Under the pieces are notes generated by a model that did no database searches, was not told where the DNA came from, and was given only the letters and a program-made list of their open reading frames with translations. 64,000 bases of DNA from Candidatus Puniceispirillum sp. GTDB lineage: Bacteria; Pseudomonadota; Alphaproteobacteria; Puniceispirillales; Puniceispirillaceae. Numbering within the stretch: position 1 is the stretch's first letter; each line of letters starts with the position of its first letter. Positions 57,178 to 64,000 of the stretch are shown one piece after another. Position numbers and translations under genes: made by a program. The stretch covers positions 33,636 through 97,635 of the forward strand of contig JADHOR010000005.1 of NCBI GenBank assembly GCA_016778895.1, written 5' to 3'.

Positions 57178-57945
57178 CTAAAAATTATCTTTGCGTTTTC
57201 GGATTTCGGCAAAGACGGCCGCATTGCTTGCCTGTTCCATGCCCAAATGCGCGCGGATTGCCGCATTATCCACCCGCAAAAACGGGTTTGTCGCTTTTTC
57301 AAGGTCCAGTCTCGTTGGCACGGTCGGCAACCCGCTATTGCGTAATTCGGTGATCGCCTCCTGCCGCGCGGCAAGCGCCGCATTATTGGGATCAACCGCG
57401 CGCGCAAATGCAGCATTGGCAATGGTGTATTCATGGCTGCAATAGATGATTGTTTGATCGGGAAGTGCTAGCAGCTTTTCCAGTGACGCCCACATCATAT
57501 CGGCATCACCCTCAAAAATTCGGCCACATCCCATGACAAATAAGGTATCGCCAGTGCAGACCATATCTTCGGCGGCAATGTAGAAATTCAGCATATCCAG
57601 CGTATGACCCGGCGTTGCAATCACATCAACCCGCCGCCCGGCAAAGTCAAAATGATCGCCGTCACCAAGCCTGATATCATAAAGTGCGCTGGCGGGGCTA
57701 TCAATAATCGGACCCATCACGGCGGCGTTATGGCGTTGTTTGAGATCGGCAAGCCCGGCCGTATGATCCCCATGATGATGAGTGATAAATATGTGGCTCA
57801 ATTGCCAGCCAGTTTCGGCCAAGGCTGCCTCGGTCGCGTCGGCGTCGCCCGCATCAATACAAGCGGTTAGATTGCTGTCAGTGCAATGCAGCAAAAGCCC
57901 GTAATTATCGTCACCATATGGGAATTGATGTGTTTGAAAAGCCAT
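57178..57945 (-). CDS. gloB: Hydroxyacylglutathione hydrolase (glyoxalase II)
   Basis: 255 aa with the metallo-beta-lactamase motif ITHHHGDHTAG and a GloB-type N-terminus (DNYGLLLH...CIDAGDA). Confidence 0.9.
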   Translation of the reverse strand: MAFQTHQFPYGDDNYGLLLHCTDSNLTACIDAGDADATEAALAETGWQLSHIFITHHHGDHTAGLADLKQRHNAAVMGPIIDSPASALYDIRLGDGDHFDFAGRRVDVIATPGHTLDMLNFYIAAEDMVCTGDTLFVMGCGRIFEGDADMMWASLEKLLALPDQTIIYCSHEYTIANAAFARAVDPNNAALAARQEAITELRNSGLPTVPTRLDLEKATNPFLRVDNAAIRAHLGMEQASNAAVFAEIRKRKDNF

Positions 57946-57978
57946 TGATCTCTCCGATTAAACCAGCAATCTGTTTGC

Positions 57979-58419
57979 CTACCAACTTCCCGTGTTCTCC
58001 ATCGATAGCCAAGGTTCGGCCGGCGGCAATGAATCGCCTTCTTGCAGCAGTTCGATCGAAATATTATCCGGCGATTTGATAAAGGCCATACGTCCATCAC
58101 GCGGCGGACGATTAATCACAACGCCAGCATCCATCAGCTTCTGGCAGGTATCATAGATATTATCGACCTTATAGGCGAGGTGGCCGAAATTCCGGCCGTA
58201 ATCATACTCTTCTGGATCCCAGTTAAAGGTCAGTTCCAGTTCCGGTGCCATGGTGGCCTCGCTGCTGGCCATGTCTTTTGGTGCGGCAAGAAAGATCAAG
58301 GTAAACCGGCCTTGAGGAACGTCTTTCCGGCGCACCTCGACAAGACCAAGTTTTTTACAATAAAAATCAAGAGATTGCTTGACATCACGAACCCGGACCA
58401 TTGTGTGAAGAAACCGCAT
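57979..58419 (-). CDS. gloA: Lactoylglutathione lyase (glyoxalase I)
   Basis: [20 protein letters not shown]...LELTFNWD...GHLAY is a typical GloA. I prefer the start at 58419; the ORF track extends to 58431. Confidence 0.9.
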   Translation of the reverse strand: MRFLHTMVRVRDVKQSLDFYCKKLGLVEVRRKDVPQGRFTLIFLAAPKDMASSEATMAPELELTFNWDPEEYDYGRNFGHLAYKVDNIYDTCQKLMDAGVVINRPPRDGRMAFIKSPDNISIELLQEGDSLPPAEPWLSMENTGSW

Positions 58420-58584
58420 GCCTACCATCACTCCTAGCTTACCGGCTATTTTCTGCGCCTCTTTCGGGTGCTATCTAGCCATTATCAACAGGAATTATGA
58501 TAGGCGTCATACAAGCCCCATGTCTAGCCAATTGTCGGCAAGTCTTGGTGGCATTGATCACAGGCTTTGTCCTGAATGACTGGT

Positions 58585-59319
58585 TTAATCCGGCTGTGGG
58601 CCGGGAGTGTATTTTGGCTCTGATAGATCTTCAATCTGCAGCCCGATCAATGCAGCGGCTTCGGTCAGGCTGGAACAAATCTGAAAACTGGGTGGATTGG
58701 GTGGGCGGTTTGACGGTGCCAAATCGGGTATCTGAATAACCTTCATGCCGGCAGCGATAGCCGCCGTTGTACCATTGTTAGAATCCTCAAAAGCAAGACA
58801 GTCATCAGCAGCTACACCCAGTTTTTGGGCAACATCCAGATAGACATCCGGTGCAGGTTTTCCGGCAGGCACTTCATCACCGCCGGTCACATGCTGCAAA
58901 TACGGCATCAGGCCGGTTCTTGTCAGCATGTCACGGGCTTTACGGCCAGATGATGAGGTGGCAACCGCGCACGGCATATTCACCTGATGCAGGCTTTTCA
59001 GAACGGCGTGTGCACCAGCTTTTACCGGCACATCGCCAACCAGCAGTTGGCGATAAATATCGAGCCATTCATTTTTGAAGGTAACCGCATCCAATTGAGG
59101 CGGCAGCATTGCCCGAAGAATATCAATGCCGGTGGCCGCATTCAGCCCGATCATGCCGCGATAATCATCAATGCCAACCACTAGATCATAGCGCGAGGCG
59201 GTGGTAACAAATGACTGGAATGACAGGGTTTCTGTATCAAGCAAAAGCCCGTCCATATCAAAAATGACGGCCTTGATCCGGCTGGTTTCACCCGGTGGTT
59301 TTGCCAGTGATAATGGCAT
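58585..59319 (-). CDS. HAD-IA family hydrolase (phosphatase or beta-phosphoglucomutase-like)
   Basis: AVIFDMDGLLLDTE (the DxDG motif), with downstream ATSS and FEDSNNG motifs. The start is ATG 59319; the ORF track extends upstream to 59445. Confidence 0.8.
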   Translation of the reverse strand: MPLSLAKPPGETSRIKAVIFDMDGLLLDTETLSFQSFVTTASRYDLVVGIDDYRGMIGLNAATGIDILRAMLPPQLDAVTFKNEWLDIYRQLLVGDVPVKAGAHAVLKSLHQVNMPCAVATSSSGRKARDMLTRTGLMPYLQHVTGGDEVPAGKPAPDVYLDVAQKLGVAADDCLAFEDSNNGTTAAIAAGMKVIQIPDLAPSNRPPNPPSFQICSSLTEAAALIGLQIEDLSEPKYTPGPQPD

Positions 59320-59504
59320 GAAAATTTCCCTATGAATGCGGCTTTTACCTGTGCAATGATTTGGCTCTTGGCATGGTTGGCGACTATGGCACGTTTCGTT
59401 CCCAAATGAAAATGCCAACGATCTGTTTTGCCAAACGGATGCCAAACCGACGATGTGCCGACGCTATTGTAAAAGGTTAGCCAGCAGAACTGGGCAAGTG
59501 AGCA

Positions 59505-59915
59505 ATGTTGAAAGCTGAAAACATCCGTTACCTTGTGGTGCATTGTGCCGATACGCCTGATGACCAAAACCTTGATGCGCGTGATATTCACCAGATGCAC
59601 CTTGGATTTGGCTGGCATGGGATCGGCTATCATCGGGTGATTTGCCGGGATGGGCGGATCGAACATGGTCGTCCCGATTACTGGATTGGTGCCCATGTCA
59701 AAGGCTTTAATGAGGTAAGTCTCGGCGTCTGTCTGATCGGGCGGAATGATTTTACCGATGCGCAATTTGTCGCGCTGGAAACCGTACTTCGTGAATGGCG
59801 CAAAGCCTATCCGGCGGCTGAAATCTGCGGCCATCGTGATTTTGATTATACGCCAAAAACCTGTCCAAATTTTGATGTCGCGCAATGGTGCGAAAAGATC
59901 GGACTGAAAAATTAA
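59505..59915 (+). CDS. N-acetylmuramoyl-L-alanine amidase (Amidase_2 / T7-lysozyme / AmpD-like fold)
   Basis: 136 aa with Zn-ligand context VVHCADT, GHRDF and KTCPNF. I see no signal peptide. Confidence 0.85.
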   Translation: MLKAENIRYLVVHCADTPDDQNLDARDIHQMHLGFGWHGIGYHRVICRDGRIEHGRPDYWIGAHVKGFNEVSLGVCLIGRNDFTDAQFVALETVLREWRKAYPAAEICGHRDFDYTPKTCPNFDVAQWCEKIGLKN

Positions 59916-60712
59916 TGCTTGCGTCGCGCATCATTACACCATCTGCACCGCTGCTGTCCGGCCCCAGGGTAGATGCCTCACTTGACAGTGAATGTCTATT
60001 TGGTGAGCTGTTTGAAATTGCTGATGGTGGTGTGCTGCCGGACAGGGGTTTTGTTTTTGGGACGCTTGGCACGGACGGATATCAGGGCTGGGTGCCGCGT
60101 GAATGTCTTGGTGATATGCCGCCGCCAACCGCGCGCATCATGGCGCCGATGAGTGATGTCACAAGTGCTGCCGATATTAAAAGCGCGGGCCGCTTCGGGC
60201 TGTCTCTTGGTGCGTTGGTGACGGTGACTGAGATTGCCGCTGACCGCGCCAGAATCGTGACCGCCAGCGGCGATGGGTTTTTGCCGTGCCAGCATCTGTC
60301 GCAGGTGGCGGCGGATGATAATCACCTGCCAGCCGCTGACGCGAAAATTGATGATTGGGTCGAGCTTGGCGAGCACCTGATCGGCAGCCCCTATAAATGG
60401 GGCGGCCGAACCGCATGGGGGCTGGATTGTTCAGCGTTAGTCCAGTTGGCCTTGGCAGCGGCTGGATTGGGCGTGCCGCGTGATTCCGGCCCACAGCATG
60501 CGATAGGAACCCCAATAAGTGACTTGGCGGCACTTGGTCGCGGTGATCTGGTTTTTTGGCACGGCCATGTTGGAATCATGCAGGATGGCACGAGATTGCT
60601 GCACGCCAACGCCCATCATATGGCAGTGACAAGCGAGCCACTTGGCGCGGCTATTGAGCGTATTGCCAGCATTTCTGGGCCTGTAACGGCACTGCGGCGG
60701 CCGGTTATATAA
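59915..60712 (+). CDS. NlpC/P60 (C40) peptidase with an N-terminal SH3-like region (YkfC-like)
   Basis: GSPYKWGGRTAWGLDCSALV holds the catalytic Cys, and DLVFW.GHVGI holds the His. Its ATG overlaps the amidase stop (TAATG). I see no signal peptide. Confidence 0.85.
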   Translation: MLASRIITPSAPLLSGPRVDASLDSECLFGELFEIADGGVLPDRGFVFGTLGTDGYQGWVPRECLGDMPPPTARIMAPMSDVTSAADIKSAGRFGLSLGALVTVTEIAADRARIVTASGDGFLPCQHLSQVAADDNHLPAADAKIDDWVELGEHLIGSPYKWGGRTAWGLDCSALVQLALAAAGLGVPRDSGPQHAIGTPISDLAALGRGDLVFWHGHVGIMQDGTRLLHANAHHMAVTSEPLGAAIERIASISGPVTALRRPVI

Positions 60713-60781
60713 ATAATGGCTGGAACCGGTTAACCGGTGCGATCGGTTTGCGTAACGGGGGACTAGCTAGCCGGTTTAACC

Positions 60782-62158
60782 CTAGCCGCCATTTAGCTGG
60801 ATTTTATCGCGCAGCATCCAAAGCAGGCAAAGTGATGGCAATACCATTAGCGCGGTAATTACGAAGAACAGCCCCCAATTACCGTCAAGCCAATCGACCA
60901 TTGCTCCCGATGATGCTGCAAGCGTGGTTCGTCCAATGGTGCCGATTGACGCCAGTAACGCATATTGTGTGGCGGTATAGGTGCGGTCGACAAGGAGTGA
61001 AATAAAGGTCACAAAGGCAACCGTCGCAAAGGCGGCGGCGATATCATCCAAAAGAACCGCCACGGCAAACACCCATTCGGATTTGCCTGTCCATGCAAGA
61101 ATACTGAACATAACATTGGTGGCAGCCATGGCAATGCCGGCGATAAACAGGGCGCGCATCGCACCTGAACGGATGGCAAAAAACCCGCCTAATAATGTAA
61201 AGACAACTGTGGTCACCCAGCCAAGGCCTTTGGAATAAACGGCGATATCCAATTTCGAAAAGCCGATTTCGGAGTAGAAGATCAGTGACATTTTGCCCAT
61301 AAAGGCTTCGCCAATTTTGAACAACAGAACAAAACCAAGAATCCCAAGCCCGATGGCAACGCCGTTTTGCCGGAAAAAGCTGGCAAGGGGTGCCCAGACC
61401 GTACTGCCAAGAAATCCGATGATTTTGGCAGCACCATTGTTGCTACGTATTTTGCCGGCAATTTCCTGTTGCACCTGATTCTGGGCTTTAATGCGGGCGC
61501 TGGCACTGGCCTCGGGGATGAATAACAGCCCGATATTCGCCAGAACAATCAGCCCGCCCAAACCGACAAAAGTTAATTGCCAGTAATTTTCAAAGCCGGC
61601 ATTCTGCAATAGATCAGCGGTAAATAACGCAACAATGCCGCCAATTTTATAACCGCTCCACCAGCCGGTAACATGGATCGCGGCACCTGCTGCCATCGCG
61701 CTTTTTTCCGAAGCGTCAATCTGTTCGATGCGTAGGGCGTCAATGGTGATGTCTTGTGATGCAGATGCGGTGGCAATAACCAAGCCAACTGCCATCACTA
61801 ACCAGATATCCTCGGCTGGGCGTAGCAGGCTCCAGACCAGAAGAGCAAAAAGGATGATGATCTGAAAACAGAGAATCCAAGCTTTGCGCTGGCCGATTTT
61901 ACTGGCAAGACGGGGAATGCGAATGCGGTCAATCAGCGGCGCCCAGAGAAAATTCACCGCATAGACGCTAAAGATTAATCCGGCCCAGCCAATCGCCGAC
62001 CGGCTTAGGCCATCTTCGTTTAACCATAATGACAGTGATGATCCGATCAGCACCCATGGAAAACCGCTCATCGCACCAAGCAATAATATCCGAAGCATTC
62101 GCCGGTCACGATAGGCAGCCAAACCCGCTTTGAACTTAACCATTCCCGGTGGCTCCAT
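60782..62158 (-). CDS. ampG: AmpG-family muropeptide MFS permease
   Basis: 458 aa and polytopic. N-terminal pattern LLGAMSGFPWVLIGSSLSLWL...YAVNFLWAPLIDR, typical of AmpG. Confidence 0.8.
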   Translation of the reverse strand: MEPPGMVKFKAGLAAYRDRRMLRILLLGAMSGFPWVLIGSSLSLWLNEDGLSRSAIGWAGLIFSVYAVNFLWAPLIDRIRIPRLASKIGQRKAWILCFQIIILFALLVWSLLRPAEDIWLVMAVGLVIATASASQDITIDALRIEQIDASEKSAMAAGAAIHVTGWWSGYKIGGIVALFTADLLQNAGFENYWQLTFVGLGGLIVLANIGLLFIPEASASARIKAQNQVQQEIAGKIRSNNGAAKIIGFLGSTVWAPLASFFRQNGVAIGLGILGFVLLFKIGEAFMGKMSLIFYSEIGFSKLDIAVYSKGLGWVTTVVFTLLGGFFAIRSGAMRALFIAGIAMAATNVMFSILAWTGKSEWVFAVAVLLDDIAAAFATVAFVTFISLLVDRTYTATQYALLASIGTIGRTTLAASSGAMVDWLDGNWGLFFVITALMVLPSLCLLWMLRDKIQLNGG

Positions 62159-62257
62159 CAGATTGCATTTGCTATGATAGACTGGGTGATGGTGGTGGGA
62201 AAAGACATAATCGCAACGCCGATCGAATTTGACCTGATTTGAGAGGGGGACAATGCC

Positions 62258-62791
62258 ATGCCGGACTGGTGTTTGCGGCGTGATCGGGCGGGCGGCTATT
62301 CTTTAGACGCCGCTGGGGTGGCGCCGACGCGCGCGATTATTGGCGAGGCTGGTCTTGTTGCCAGCGGTGCCAAGCGCGAGGGCGATATGGCAACGCCGGT
62401 TGGACGTTGGGCATTGCGCCACCTCTATTACCGGCAGGATTTGCTGGGGCCGGTGCATACTGGCCTTGCCAAAACCGTGATCACGCCACAGTGTGGCTGG
62501 TGCGATGATCCGTATCATAAAGACTATAACCGCTATGTATCGCTGCCATTTACCGCCAGCCATGAGGTGATGTGGCGCACTGATCGAGCCTATGATCTGG
62601 TGGTTATGCTGGGGTTCAATGATGCGCCGCCGGTCGCCGGACGCGGCAGTGCGATATTTCTGCATTGCATCGCCGAGGGTAAAACCAGTACTGCGGGCTG
62701 CGTTGCGGTTGAGCGCGCGGCATTATTGCGGCTGCTAGCAGCGGTGACTGGCGATCAATATTTGTCGATTGATGCGGGGCTATTGCCCTAG
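62258..62791 (+). CDS. YkuD-fold (L,D-transpeptidase catalytic domain-like) protein without a signal peptide
   Basis: 177 aa with KREGDMATPVGRW, GWCDDP and GSAIFLHC...STAGCVAV (His and Cys in the YkuD arrangement). There is no N-terminal hydrophobic segment. Confidence 0.7.
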   Translation: MPDWCLRRDRAGGYSLDAAGVAPTRAIIGEAGLVASGAKREGDMATPVGRWALRHLYYRQDLLGPVHTGLAKTVITPQCGWCDDPYHKDYNRYVSLPFTASHEVMWRTDRAYDLVVMLGFNDAPPVAGRGSAIFLHCIAEGKTSTAGCVAVERAALLRLLAAVTGDQYLSIDAGLLP

Positions 62792-63544
62792 CGCGGCGTC
62801 AATCTGTTCACGCCGCCGACGTAGTTTTTCGTTGGTTGGAACCATCGCCACCATCATTCCATTCGCAACAAATCCCATCTTCACCATGATCATATTCGAG
62901 ATCAGATTCAGGCAGATTTTCTGTGCGGTGCCTGCGGTAAGCCGGGTTGAACCGGCAATAATCTCACCACCGGTTGCCAGCAAAATCGGATATTGGGCGG
63001 CGCTCAAAACCGGTGTGTCTGGGTTATTGGCAATGCCGATCGTGATGGTACCCGCCTTACGCGCTGCATTAATGGCGCCAATTGTGTAGGGGGTTTTCCC
63101 GCTTGCGGCGAGGCCAATCACAACATCATGTGCCCCGCCATTAATCGCTGCAAAGGCAGCCGCACCGGCAACAGCATTATCTTCGGCATTTTCAATCGAG
63201 CCCAATAGCGCTGGCGGCCCACCCGCAATCAAAAACCCAAGCCGGTCTCGGGGCCAGTTAAAGGTTGGCGGCAATTCGGCGCCATCTTGAACGCCGATGC
63301 GCGCCGATGTACCGGCGCCGACATAGATTAAGCGTCCGGCTGGATCGCCCACCAGCCGGTCATAGGCAGCAATTGCCGCGGTTTCGATGGCTGGCAGAGC
63401 GGCCTCTATGGCCGGAATTGCACCGGCTTGGCTATCAAGCATTAAGGATAAGGCCGCTTGGGGCGCCAGCTTGTCGATATGCTGGGCCGCGTCTGGTACA
63501 TCTTCGGTACTACCGTAATTTGGGTCTCGATTTCTGCTGCTCAT
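62780..63544 (-). CDS. murQ: N-acetylmuramic acid 6-phosphate etherase
   Basis: 254 aa with a SIS domain and MurQ-type segments (LIYVGAGTSARIGVQDGAELPPTF, GLAASGKTPY, TGGEIIAGSTRLTAGTAQK). Confidence 0.9.
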   Translation of the reverse strand: MSSRNRDPNYGSTEDVPDAAQHIDKLAPQAALSLMLDSQAGAIPAIEAALPAIETAAIAAYDRLVGDPAGRLIYVGAGTSARIGVQDGAELPPTFNWPRDRLGFLIAGGPPALLGSIENAEDNAVAGAAAFAAINGGAHDVVIGLAASGKTPYTIGAINAARKAGTITIGIANNPDTPVLSAAQYPILLATGGEIIAGSTRLTAGTAQKICLNLISNMIMVKMGFVANGMMVAMVPTNEKLRRRREQIDAALGQ

Positions 63545-63586
63545 CGGGTCACTATAGGCGGCAGTCAGTTAAAAGAGAAGAGGCGC

Positions 63587-64000
63587 ATGACGGGGGTGAT
63601 GCCAGAAACACTTGTTATTGGCCTGATGTCGGGAACCAGTGCCGATGGCATTGATGCGGCGGTTCTGCAAACTGACGGTCAGCATTTCGAGGGCGTCAAT
63701 TGCTACGGCTCGTTTGCGTATCGCGCCGAAACCAGAGCCGGTATCTGGAAAGCCGTTACCGATGCCGCGCAGCATATGCGCGATGATGCTGCGCGCCTGC
63801 ATCTTGACCGGCTGATTGCCGAAGATCACGCCAATGCCGTATCAGGACTTATCAAGGAAAGCGGGCTTAGCCCCAGCCTGATCGGGTTTCATGGTCAGAC
63901 AATCTATCACAATCCATCGGGAGCCGATGGTCATCCGCTTGGCCGCACCACAATCCAGCTTGGCGATGCGGCGTTACTGGCGCGGCGATGCGGTATTCCA
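63587..64000 (+). CDS. anmK: Anhydro-N-acetylmuramic acid kinase, N-terminal part (continues beyond the window)
   Basis: My translation from ATG 63587 is MTGVMPETLVIGLMSGTSADGIDAAVLQTDG...GFHGQTIYHNP..., open to the window end. The GLMSGTSxDGxDA and HGQT motifs are AnmK-typical. The gene is divergent from murQ. Confidence 0.85.
   Translation, partial: MTGVMPETLVIGLMSGTSADGIDAAVLQTDGQHFEGVNCYGSFAYRAETRAGIWKAVTDAAQHMRDDAARLHLDRLIAEDHANAVSGLIKESGLSPSLIGFHGQTIYHNPSGADGHPLGRTTIQLGDAALLARRCGIP

Noticed and set aside
59181-59885. 234-aa minus-strand ORF spanning the HAD gene 5' region, the intergenic gap and the amidase gene
   Set aside because: It lies antisense to a well-supported amidase CDS. 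Its translation is low in complexity and rich in I, K, R and F, with no recognisable motifs. It also crosses an intergenic region. I treat it as a chance open frame.
60725-60738. Perfect 14-nt palindrome ACCGGTTAACCGGT between the convergent NlpC/P60 and ampG genes
   Set aside because: It has no loop spacer or T tract, so it is a poor terminator. There is no promoter context for an operator. I note it without assigning a function.
1-64000. CRISPR arrays, rRNA, transposases, integrases, prophage, toxin-antitoxin or known defence-system genes
   Set aside because: I saw no repeat-spacer periodicity. No ORF carries recombinase, transposase, nuclease-ATPase or small paired toxin-antitoxin signatures. 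Every ORF over about 120 aa that I accept has a metabolic, transport, regulatory, translation or cell-wall assignment.

Overview
The window looks like an alphaproteobacterial chromosome segment. A marine Rhodospirillales, SAR116-like or roseobacter-like source is my guess only and cannot be checked here.

- **1 to 18.5 kb, housekeeping:** uppP, gltD-gltB, a GNAT, a GST, an alpha/beta hydrolase, a GT4 glycosyltransferase, thrS, infC (non-canonical ATA start), rpmI, rplT and pheS-pheT.
- **18.5 kb to about 35-47 kb, accessory block:** This block starts directly after pheT and is visibly more AT-rich. I see no integrase, transposase or tRNA in it. It opens with two genes that are each interrupted by a single in-frame stop. 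It holds many redox enzymes: three of the window's four GMC flavoproteins, a Baeyer-Villiger monooxygenase, an enolase-superfamily enzyme, an SDR, a HIBADH-like reductase, an RraA/HMG-type aldolase and a cupin. It also holds transporters (three TauE/SafE DUF81 permeases, EamA, TRAP DctPQM and an orphan ZnuA with a Zur-box-like site) and a 779-aa PHP/DUF3604-like protein of unknown function.
- **46.8 to 57 kb:** GntR with tcuAB, IclR with a GMC and TerC, a HisD-like/SDR/Zn-ADH trio whose order matches hpsN-hpsO-hpsP (2,3-dihydroxypropanesulfonate oxidation), and an orphan Rap1a/Tai4-like secreted protein.
- **57 to 64 kb:** gloB-gloA, a HAD hydrolase, and a compact peptidoglycan-recycling cluster (amidase, NlpC/P60, AmpG, a signal-less YkuD-fold protein, MurQ, AnmK).

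I recognised no rRNA, tRNA, CRISPR array or mobile element.

The leads most worth following are:
- an organosulfonate theme (hpsNOP-like genes, TauE x3, GMC x4, HIBADH-like) with no known desulfonating enzyme in view;
- the divergent TauE-GMC and TauE-DUF3604-like units;
- a possible Entner-Doudoroff-like enzyme set built from non-orthologous families.

All functional calls rest on motif reading and remembered family knowledge, not on database searches.
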